IMG/VR virus record: IMGVR_UViG_3300020536_000659
Origin: an uncultured virus (IMG/VR IMGVR_UViG_3300020536_000659)
Taxonomy: Duplodnaviria > Heunggongvirae > Uroviricota > Caudoviricetes
Direction: 5' to 3' (one strand)
DNA: 64,000 nucleotides
A program made the translations under genes and the position numbers. The notes beneath the pieces were generated by a model that made no database searches, was not told the origin of the DNA, and saw nothing but the letters and a program-made list of their open reading frames with translations. Below, in pieces: positions 1-9,500 of this stretch (positions are counted from its first letter, which is position 1; each line of letters starts with the position of its first letter).

Positions 1-3000
1 TGCCAGAGTTGTAGCTTCTGATGTCGTTACCAAATTTGTATTGTGTGTAATCTGAGAAGCTGTCAACGGAGCATCTGCAGAATCGTCTGCAAGACGAACA
101 TTAATTGCTGTTCCGTTGCGTTTTAAGGCAGGGAAGCTGGATGTTGAGCCGCTGAAACGCATGATAGGGGTAGTTGCGCCCAATGAAAATGTTGCGTTTG
201 CGGAGCTACTAGCAAAAGCCCATAGTGTATTAGTATTGTCGGCGTTGTTGATGTTAAGCGTGCTAATTACGCCGTTTGTCAACTTTGTATCTGTACCTAC
301 AATAACTGACGTTACAAAATACCCTGTTCTAGGTCTATTTGCGCCGCTTGCGCCGATGTCATATGTGTTGTCTGCATGAGCTAACATATGACCAGTAGAT
401 GTTACTCTCCAACGATCAGTATTATTTGTACGAATATAAAAATCTGAAGTGCCCGCAGTACCAATTTGCAGATCTCTGCTTGTTCCTGTTCCTGCTCGCT
501 CAGTTAAAATTTGCAGTGTATTCGAAGTCCAATTAATTCCAAGACGTTCGTAGTTACTCGCATCCGTAAATGTGTTATAAGATTTCAACGTTTGAGCAGT
601 CGTAGCTGTACGAAATTCCGTAGTATTTTGTCCTGATGTTACCAGAGATCCTGTTGTTGCTTCATTATTGATAGTAATATCTGCAATTCCAGTTTGTATC
701 AATCTAAGATTAGATGTTGCTCCACTTGGAACAGTAGCTCTAAATCCACTATTATCAATTAAACTATTATAAGTTGAAGATGTGCCTCTGTAAATATCGC
801 CTGCAACAGAAAGTTTGTGAGTTGGCGCAGTGTTGCCTATTCCGACATCGCCTGTTGTGTTTTTAATAGTAATTGCAGTGGCTGTTCTTGGCCTAATAAA
901 AATGTCACCGCCAGTTGACGCTACTGTATCAAGATACAATTCAGAGGTTGCGCGAATACCGCTACCATTTATGACTGATAAACTTGCACCCCCAACACCC
1001 TGAAACACAATATTATCACTAATTGCGTGTAAAGCCGCCGAAGGTGTTGTTGTGTTAATACCAACTCTGTTATTTGTTGCGTCAACAAAAAGAACACCCG
1101 AATCAACGTTAACGTTACCAGATATTGTTTGTAGAGTTCCGGAAAGAGTTGCATTTCCTCCAACCTGTAGTGTAGAAGATACGTTAGCAAATCCAGTAAT
1201 CGTAGTATTTCCAGTTGATAGAGTGGTTAGAGTACCAACCGAAGTCAGCGAAGAGCTTACAATCCCAGTTCCCAGAGCAGTTGAGTTAACAACAACAGCA
1301 CCATTAATCTGATAGCTCTTGGTTGAAACAAGATTTAGATGCTCTGAAGAAGTCCAGGCATCAGTCGCATCAACCCAATTAAAGGTTTTGTCTGTCGCGC
1401 CTTTGAGAGTGATACCACCACCATCTGCCGTCACATCACTTGGTGTGGTTACGTCTCCGAGAACAATATTCTTATCTTCAACAACAAGATTTGTTGAGTT
1501 GACGTTTGTGGTTGGTCCATTGAAGAACACGTTTCCAGAAACAACAAGATCGCCAGTAATCGTGGTATTTCCGAATGTTCCGGAGCCTGTTGCAATGCTG
1601 GAAGAGTTGATAACTGTGTTAACAGTTGAGTTGCCAATTTGAATCACAGAAGTATTGACGTTGACATTAGACCCAACGTTCAGAACACTGGTTACATTAA
1701 CTGTTGCAGGAAGTCTAGCAGTGTTTAACGTGCCCGAAGAAATATTATCTGCGTTTGAAGCGAACGTAGTAGCATTCGAGTAAGCCAGAGCAGCGTTGCC
1801 TGAGTATGCAATAGCGTTACTGTAGGCTGTTGCTGCATTGCTAGTAATAGCAGTATTAACGTTTACTCCATTGATCGTAATAGTAGCAGCACTTATTACA
1901 GTATTGATGGTAGAGTTACCAATCTGTATTGTTGAAGTATTGACGTTTACGTTAGCTCCAACATTTATCACAGTTGAAACATTAACTGTTGCTGGCAATC
2001 TAGCAGTGTTTAGAGTGCCAGAAGAAATATTATCAGCGTTTGCCGAGAAAGCTATTGCGTTAGCATAAGCCAGAGCCGCATTTCCTGAATAAGCTATGGC
2101 ATTAGAGTAAGCTGTCGCCGCGTTGCTGGTGATAGCAGTATTAACATTGACACCATTGATTGTTATTGTGGCCGCACTGATAACAGTATTAACAGTGGAG
2201 TTTCCGATAAACAGAGTAGAAGTATTGGCATTAACATTGGAGCCAATATTGAAAGCTGTTGATACGTTTACGGTGGCTGGCAGTCTAGCAGTGTTAAGCG
2301 TTCCTGATGAAATACTATCAGCGTTGATTGTTGTTATGTTGCTTCCGTTACCGCTGAAGCTATTTGCTGTGATAACGTTAGCTTGGAAATTAGCTATTCT
2401 GAAAGAAGCATTGCTGGTGTCAATATAAGCGCTTGCGTCAGGCTCAGGAGTATAGCTATCAAAAACTTTCCAGATGCCATCAGTTGCATCGCGGAAGAAA
2501 CCAGCATGTTTGTAAGAACCATCATTATAGTTTCCGGCAAATCCAAGATCAGGATTAGAAGTTGTTGATCCATCGTTAAGATAGATCATGTTATCTTCAA
2601 CAGCTAAATTTGTTGCGCTGATGGTAACAGTTGTTCCTGAAACAGTCAGGTTGCCGTCGATCTGAACGTCACCTCTAATAGTAACGTTATTGGCAGCAAG
2701 ATTAGAAACAACGTTGGCGCTTGCATTAATCGTTAGATTTCCGTTTAGAGTTCCGCCAGACAATGGCAGGAACGTGGAATTTACATAAGTGTTAGAAGCA
2801 GCATAAGCAGTAGCGTTTGAATAAGCCGTAGCAGCCTTTGCATCTGCATAAGTAACAGCATTAGAGTAGGCCGTAGCAGCGTTTGAAGTGATAGCTGTGT
2901 TGACATTAACTCCGTTAATGGTGATAGTTGCAGCGCTTATAGCGGTATTGACAGTAGAGTTTCCGATAGACAGAGTTGTTGTGTTAAGAGAAACGTTCGA

Positions 3001-6000
3001 ACCAACAGTAACAAGAGCAGAGTTTACGCTGACGCTTGCATTGACAAATCCAGTTACGGTCAGGTTTCCAGAAGTAACTGAATTGAGAACGTCTAGAGTA
3101 CTGCCGAAATAAACGTTGCCGTTTACTGATAATTTGTGGGTTGGTGCGCTGTTGCTTATACCAAAATTACCCGTGTTAGAAAATCCAGCAAATAAAACTG
3201 AACCATTACTAAATTCCACTGGAAGATCGCTTGTTATCCACTCAGAAGAAACCACCCCTCTTCTTGCTCCGCCACTACTTGCAAATATAACAGATCTTTG
3301 AGATCTAGAGGAGCTCGAACCAATCATCACAATATGATTGGATACAGATACACCACCAGCCCCTAAGTCTGATCCGCTATAAGTTCCAAATGATCCATAT
3401 CCAGCAACAAACACGTTGCGCGGTCTTGTGGCATTGCTCGCGCCGATGTCGTAGGTGTTGTCAACTTCCGCCGTCAGGTGGCCATTGGAATTAACACGCC
3501 ATCTAACTGTCCCAGCGGACATAAACCCAAGATTTGTTCCAGACCCATTGGAGCCGATGATAAGGCTTCGCGCAGCTCCTGTGCCTGCCGCAAGCGTTTC
3601 CACAAACGCTGTGTTTGCAGACCATAAGATGTTTAGCCGCTCATAATTGCTCGAGTCAGTGTATGTATTGTAAATCCTAAACGTTTGAGCGTTCGTGCCC
3701 CGCCGCTGGGCGAGGATGTCTGCTGCATCACGAGCAAGAACAATATCATTAGAGGAACCCAAAGAGATAACACTAGTGTTTGATGTTGCTCTAAAATTTT
3801 GCGCTGCATAAACTGTGGCTGCTGTTATACTTGTATATCCACTATCATCGGCAAGTCTTACATCTATCTCAGCGCTATTGCGCTTGAGAGCGGGGAAACT
3901 TGAGGTTGTGCCACCAAACTGGAGACGGTTGAAGTCTGTTGAACCGTTATTGTATAATCCTAAAACTCCATCACTTGGAGAAAGAATTCTGCTTCTTCCA
4001 TTAAATATAAATGTTCCTGTGGCCCCAGCAAAAAAATTAGCTGCAGTTACAGTATCGCCGACAGTTACGTTTGTGCCAACATAAACGTTTCTTGGCCTAT
4101 TTGCTCCATTTGCGCCGATGTCGTAGGTATTATCTGTTGCTGCCGTGAAATGACCACTACCATCAACAATCCAGCGATTGTTTGAGCTACCTGTTTGTAA
4201 AAGTACCTGAGCTCCTCTTACAGCAAAGTTTCTATTAGAACCAGTTCCTGCTGCTTCGTATCCAACAAATCCTAAATTATTTTCAGTAGCAGAAAGCACA
4301 ACTCGTTCATAGTTGGAAGCGTCAGTGTATGTGTCATAGACTCTAAGAGCTTGGGCGTTTGTACCATTGCGTTGCGCCAAAATACCAGCAGCATCTCGAG
4401 CTAGAATGGTGTCAGCACTAGAATATGACGATGTTGCATTTCCCCACGATATAATCGCGTCAGACTTTAAAAATGCCCCATATTGCGAGAACCAAGCCCG
4501 ACCGCCAGCCAGATATCCATCATCAGAAGCGGTAACAATACCAGCTTTGGAAACCTTAAATTTGCTGCTTCCGCCAACTTGTAGATCCATCAACAAACTA
4601 TTACTGTTAGAAGCAGTATCCGTCGCATTGATTTTAAATGCGGTAAATGTATTGGCGGTCGCATTCCATGTAGGAGCAATAAGAACAGTTGAAGTATCGT
4701 TAGCAGTTAACGAATCTTGAACAACAAATTTAGATAACGGCGAAGTGTTACTAATACCAATTTTATTATTGACATTATCAATGAATAGAGTTCCGGAATC
4801 AAAATCTACATTACCAGAAAAAGTTGCATTTCCGCCAACAGTAAGATGTGAAGAGATGTTAGCGAATCCAGTTATGGTTGTGTTGCCAGCATTCAGTGTT
4901 GTCAGATTACCAACTGAAGTTAGAGAAGAACTTAATATACCAGTTCCGAGTGAGGTGGAGTTGACAACAACAACACCATTAATCTCATAGCTTTTTCCAG
5001 AAACTAGATTAAAATCTTCAGATGAAGTCCAGGCATCAGTGGCATCAACCCAAGTTAGAGTTTTATCCGTAGCACCCTTTAGAGTAATACCACCACCATC
5101 GGCAGTAAAATCGCTTGGTGTAGCTACGTCTCCAAGTATAATGTTTTTATCTTCGATGACAAGATTGGTAGAATTTACGTTAGTTGTTGGGCCATTAAAG
5201 AAAACGTTTCCAGAAACAATCAGATCCCCAGTAACGTTTGTGTTTCCGAATGTGACCGAAGAAGTTACAATAGAAGAAGAATTGATAACAGTATTGACGG
5301 TAGAGTTACCAATCTGGATTACAGAGGTGTTAACGTTAACGTTAGAACCAATGTTTAACGCTGTTGCAACGTTGACTGTTGCTGGGAGTCTGGCCGTGTT
5401 AAGAGTGCCAGAAGTAATATTTGTTGCATTTGAAGCAAAAGTTGTGGCGTTTGAATAAGCGTTCGCGGCTTTGTCGTCAGCATACGCGATAGCGTTTGAA
5501 TAGGCGTTTGCAGCTTTGATATCAGTGTAAGAAACTGCGTTAGAGTACGCATTAGCTGCTTTATTGTCAGCGTAGGCTATAGCATTTGCGTAAGCCAAAG
5601 AGGCGTTTCCGGAATACGCAATGGCGTTACTATAAGCAGCTGAAGCTTTAGTGTCTGCATAAGCCGCAGCGTTTGTATAAGCTGTCGCCGCGTTTCCTGT
5701 TATTTGACCCTGTACTGTTGCGAGAGACAGTCCACCAAAATTTGTTGAATTATTAGAAGTTAGTGTTGCGACATTGGCCGATAGACCAGCCATAGTTTGG
5801 TAAATAAGAGCCGCTCCTGAGGCAGAAGTTGACACTGCATTTGAGAAAGCGGTGGCAGCATTACCTGTTATTTGGGCTTGTACGTTTGCTAAAGTTAAAT
5901 TACCAAAATGTATAGAATTGTTGGAAGTTCCACTAAAAGAAGTAGAGTTGATAGAAACATTTACTGTTGAGTTTCCGACAAATACAGCATTTGTTGCATA

Positions 6001-6150
6001 TATGTTGGCACCATAAATGTTATTAGGAGGAAGAGGGTAAATGATCTGAGTTGGATATTCTTTTAACTTAACTTTGAATGGTGTGTTTTGTACAAACTCT
6101 ACATTAATCGCTGTATTAGGATATAGTATAACTTGAATTGGAGGTGGCAT
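1..6150 (-). CDS. Giant repetitive tail fibre / virion adhesin-like protein, >2050 aa, 3' end beyond the window
   Basis: ATG at 6150 (MPPPIQVILYPNTAIN...). My translation stays open to base 1, which is why it is absent from the ORF track. Rich in N/T/S/A/V/G, with repeated fibre motifs (VGINTTTPSAAL, DNTYDIGA..RPR, NLVVEDKNI). Confidence 0.85.
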   Translation of the reverse strand, partial: MPPPIQVILYPNTAINVEFVQNTPFKVKLKEYPTQIIYPLPPNNIYGANIYATNAVFVGNSTVNVSINSTSFSGTSNNSIHFGNLTLANVQAQITGNAATAFSNAVSTSASGAALIYQTMAGLSANVATLTSNNSTNFGGLSLATVQGQITGNAATAYTNAAAYADTKASAAYSNAIAYSGNASLAYANAIAYADNKAANAYSNAVSYTDIKAANAYSNAIAYADDKAANAYSNATTFASNATNITSGTLNTARLPATVNVATALNIGSNVNVNTSVIQIGNSTVNTVINSSSIVTSSVTFGNTNVTGDLIVSGNVFFNGPTTNVNSTNLVIEDKNIILGDVATPSDFTADGGGITLKGATDKTLTWVDATDAWTSSEDFNLVSGKSYEINGVVVVNSTSLGTGILSSSLTSVGNLTTLNAGNTTITGFANISSHLTVGGNATFSGNVDFDSGTLFIDNVNNKIGISNTSPLSKFVVQDSLTANDTSTVLIAPTWNATANTFTAFKINATDTASNSNSLLMDLQVGGSSKFKVSKAGIVTASDDGYLAGGRAWFSQYGAFLKSDAIISWGNATSSYSSADTILARDAAGILAQRNGTNAQALRVYDTYTDASNYERVVLSATENNLGFVGYEAAGTGSNRNFAVRGAQVLLQTGSSNNRWIVDGSGHFTAATDNTYDIGANGANRPRNVYVGTNVTVGDTVTAANFFAGATGTFIFNGRSRILSPSDGVLGLYNNGSTDFNRLQFGGTTSSFPALKRNSAEIDVRLADDSGYTSITAATVYAAQNFRATSNTSVISLGSSNDIVLARDAADILAQRRGTNAQTFRIYNTYTDSSNYERLNILWSANTAFVETLAAGTGAARSLIIGSNGSGTNLGFMSAGTVRWRVNSNGHLTAEVDNTYDIGASNATRPRNVFVAGYGSFGTYSGSDLGAGGVSVSNHIVMIGSSSSRSQRSVIFASSGGARRGVVSSEWITSDLPVEFSNGSVLFAGFSNTGNFGISNSAPTHKLSVNGNVYFGSTLDVLNSVTSGNLTVTGFVNASVSVNSALVTVGSNVSLNTTTLSIGNSTVNTAISAATITINGVNVNTAITSNAATAYSNAVTYADAKAATAYSNATAYAASNTYVNSTFLPLSGGTLNGNLTINASANVVSNLAANNVTIRGDVQIDGNLTVSGTTVTISATNLAVEDNMIYLNDGSTTSNPDLGFAGNYNDGSYKHAGFFRDATDGIWKVFDSYTPEPDASAYIDTSNASFRIANFQANVITANSFSGNGSNITTINADSISSGTLNTARLPATVNVSTAFNIGSNVNANTSTLFIGNSTVNTVISAATITINGVNVNTAITSNAATAYSNAIAYSGNAALAYANAIAFSANADNISSGTLNTARLPATVNVSTVINVGANVNVNTSTIQIGNSTINTVISAATITINGVNVNTAITSNAATAYSNAIAYSGNAALAYSNATTFASNADNISSGTLNTARLPATVNVTSVLNVGSNVNVNTSVIQIGNSTVNTVINSSSIATGSGTFGNTTITGDLVVSGNVFFNGPTTNVNSTNLVVEDKNIVLGDVTTPSDVTADGGGITLKGATDKTFNWVDATDAWTSSEHLNLVSTKSYQINGAVVVNSTALGTGIVSSSLTSVGTLTTLSTGNTTITGFANVSSTLQVGGNATLSGTLQTISGNVNVDSGVLFVDATNNRVGINTTTPSAALHAISDNIVFQGVGGASLSVINGSGIRATSELYLDTVASTGGDIFIRPRTATAITIKNTTGDVGIGNTAPTHKLSVAGDIYRGTSSTYNSLIDNSGFRATVPSGATSNLRLIQTGIADITINNEATTGSLVTSGQNTTEFRTATTAQTLKSYNTFTDASNYERLGINWTSNTLQILTERAGTGTSRDLQIGTAGTSDFYIRTNNTDRWRVTSTGHMLAHADNTYDIGASGANRPRTGYFVTSVIVGTDTKLTNGVISTLNINNADNTNTLWAFASSSANATFSLGATTPIMRFSGSTSSFPALKRNGTAINVRLADDSADAPLTASQITHNTNLVTTSEATTLA

Positions 6151-6161
6151 TTAAATATTCC

Positions 6162-6491
6162 TTAGCGAGTAACAGATGGAGTTACAGTAACAATTCCTTC
6201 TACTATTCTCGTGACGATCCCACTATTAATTTCAGTTAGCTCGCAATCCCAAACATACTGCCCTGGCTGTAAACTTTCAGTGTTTGCAGAATTAAGTCGC
6301 AGTTGAACAATTCCATTTTGATTTGTAGTCACAGTAAACGTTTTTTGTGCTTCAGAAGTATATGTTTTTCTGAGCATAGCAGAGCCAGTATAACCGCTTA
6401 GATTGATTGAAGCGCTGTTTGCATGGGTCACCTGTAAATCCTGTATAAAATCTGATCCCTGATCGATGACTAAATTTGCTTTAATCGCCAT
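6162..6491 (-). CDS. Small conserved virion/fibre-associated protein (MAIKANLVIDQGSDF)
   Basis: ORF track. GGAGG RBS favours the ATG at 6491. The IDQG.DF / G.Y.WD.E / RIVEG.VTVTP.VTR motifs are typical of small fibre-associated proteins in T4-like phages. Confidence 0.7.
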   Translation of the reverse strand: MAIKANLVIDQGSDFIQDLQVTHANSASINLSGYTGSAMLRKTYTSEAQKTFTVTTNQNGIVQLRLNSANTESLQPGQYVWDCELTEINSGIVTRIVEGIVTVTPSVTR

Positions 6492-6516
6492 TATTCTCAA
6501 CCTCCAAGTTTTTTCT

Positions 6517-6588
6517 TATTTATTAAAGAGCGACACGCCAAACTTTGCTACTTTGCGTCAATAAATAATAGTTCTTGCTCTATTTATA
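6517..6588. promoter_or_regulatory. Cluster of divergent T4-type late promoters
   Basis: Minus strand: TATAAATA at 6581-6588 and AATAAATA at 6517-6524, towards the fibre genes. Plus strand: AATAAATA at 6560-6567, towards the giant glycosyltransferase. Confidence 0.6.
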
Positions 6589-6590
6589 GG

Positions 6591-9500
6591 ATGGGTTTAA
6601 TGAATAACAACATAAAAATAGCAATTATTGATTGTATTGGACTTAATTATGATGGTTCTACTCTAACGAAAAAAGGTATTGGCGGAAGCGAAAGCTCTAT
6701 TATTTCTATCGCCAGAGAATTAGTAAAAATTGGATTCGAGGTAACAGTTTTAAATGACTGTGATACTTCCGAGACAGAACCTGGAGTCTATGATGGAGTC
6801 CGGTATTATCCAATTGCAATGCTCGGCCAGAAAGAATTTAACTTTGATGTTGTGATCAGTCAAAGAACCGTTATTCCGTTTACTCCAAAACATCTTTATG
6901 ATCAGGTTAGACAGCCTGCTCCAAGAGACTATGATCCTGATATCTTCACTCAGGTGCAAAAACCAGAACAGTTAAAGATTATCTGGATGCAGGATACGTT
7001 TATCTGGGGCGATCACCTGCTCGAGTATCTTCTGGTTAACAATCATGTCGATGAAGTGTTCAATCTGAGCGATTGGCATATCGCATATACAACAAATTGC
7101 ACCCATGGCCCAAAACGTCAATACGAAGTTTTTAAAAATAAAATATTCCACACAAGAAACGCTATCAACAGGTGGATCGATTGGGTTGATATCAAACAAA
7201 AAGATCCCAATCTTTTCGTCTATAACGCCAGTATTACCAAGGGCATGATCCCTCTGGTAACACGTATTTGGCCCAGACTCAAACAACATTTGCCCCAGGC
7301 CAAACTCAAGATCATCGGTGGTTATTACAAGTTTCGAAATGAAGATCTAAGCCCAGCACAGCAAGAATGGCGCGGTCTTGTAAAAAGCTGTGAAAAAGAT
7401 CCATCAATCGAATTCACAGGCATTATTCCCCAGCCTGAGATCGCCAAGATTATGGCACAAGCAACCTATAATCTGTTTCCTGGAGCCTATCCGGAAACAT
7501 CCGGCATCAGCACAATAGAAAGCATCAATTATAATACTCCTGTTATCGGAACTCGATTCGGAGCGATGGAAGAAAGCGGAACCAAAGCTGCCAGCTATTT
7601 TATAGATTATGCAGTCGAGCCCAATGTACTGTTCCCGAATATCAATACCGAGGAACAGATCAACAAATATGTTGATCTTGTTTTGTCAGTCGTATCAAAC
7701 CCATATATTCATCAACAGAAACAGTATGCGTGTAACGCTATTAAAGACATTAGTACATGGGATACTGTGGCGCTCCAATGGAAACAGCATTTTTATCGTA
7801 AATTCAATAAACAGATGACCGACGAAGAGTTGGTGAAAGTTAATTGGATTAATTATAGAGTTAGAAAAACTTTTGGAAAAAGGTTCTCAAACGTAGAGGA
7901 TATTATAGTCACCGAGCCCGCCAGCAACACACAGAGATTACCACAAGAAAAAGAAGTTCGCGTCGCTTACATCGATATTACAGGAATGAGTTATGATGGG
8001 GAAACATTAAAGACCAAAGGTCTTGGAGGGAGCGAGAGTGCAGTGATTCTCAGCGCCAAAGAATTGGCCCACCAAGGATTTGATGTTACTGTTTATTGTG
8101 CTTGCGATGAAGAAGGAAATCGTCCAGGCGTATATGATAACGTAAAATACAGACCTCTTTCAGATATCGGAAACGACGAGCAAACATATGATGTTCTGAT
8201 ATCAAGCAGAGTTGTTACTCCATTTATCACCAAACCTTGGTATAACTGGCAACAAACAACCAACAGAAAAATCCCTTTCCAAAAGTTTGAAAAAATGAGA
8301 GAAGCCGCCAAACTTAAAGTGTTTTGGATGCATGATACGTTTTGCTGGGGCGATGAGATTTTAGAAGATCTTGTTACTTCAAAGGCTATAGACGAAATTT
8401 GGGTTTTAAGCGATTTTCACTATAACTATGTGACTAACTGCAATCACGGCAAACCAAGAAATTTCGAAGTTCTTCGCAATCATATGTGGATTACCCGTAA
8501 TGGTATTACCCGATACCCCATCAAAACTGTCGAGAAAAACCCTGATCTGTTCATTTTCAATGCTAACATGAGCAAGGGATTAGAACCTCTGCTCAAAAAT
8601 GTCTGGCCCAGAGTCAAACAAAAAATCCCAAAAGCCAGACTGGCGGTAATTGGAGGACATTATAAACTCGGAAATGCTGTGGCTAACGATACTGAAGAAT
8701 CAGAGTTTATGAAACTGGTCGAGCCATTTATGGAAGATCCGACCATAACATTTACTGGGATTATCAGTCAAAAAGAAGTGGCTGTTTGGTGCAAAGCTGC
8801 AAGTTTCTTTATCTATCCAACAGCTTTCCCAGAAACCTATGGAATAAGCACACTAGAAGCCCTTTATGCAAACACTCTCATCATTGGCTGTAGATTCGGA
8901 GCTCTGGAAGAAACTGGGAGCCCACAAGCTTATATGATTGAATACTCCGCAACGCCAAATGTTGTTTATCCTAATATTGATATTAATGCACAAGCTGAAA
9001 AATTTGTTGATATGGTCGTACAGGCCTATAACGATCCAGATCGTCAAGAAAAAATGAACAAATTAGACGAAATTAAACCTTTGGTTGGTTGGAATGTTGT
9101 GGCGCTTGAATGGAAACAGCACATCTATAAAAGGCTCGGTCTCTATCTAAGCCGTGGCGAAAGCATTGAAGCAAATTACACCAAAACGAAATATCACGAA
9201 ATATTTAATCGCCGCACAAGCACTCCTGAAGAATGGGTAGCCCCCAAACTTAAACCCGAACAACGTATTGTTGTTATCAGTCCTTTCTATAACGCCGAGC
9301 CTTATATTAAGCGCTGCATTTCAAGTGTGGCAGCGCAGAATTACGATAACTACGAGCATTGGCTAATTGATGACTGCAGCACTGATAATGGTTCTGCAGC
9401 CGCACTGGATCTAATCAACTCTCTGCCAAACGATATAAAAGATAAATTTAAGGTTATTGTCAACTCAAATAGAAACGGAGCCCCATACAATCATATCCAA

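Noticed and set aside
116..5458. Many plus-strand ORFs of 60-140 aa
   Set aside because: They are antisense shadows of the long minus-strand fibre gene, lack RBSs and mirror its repeats.
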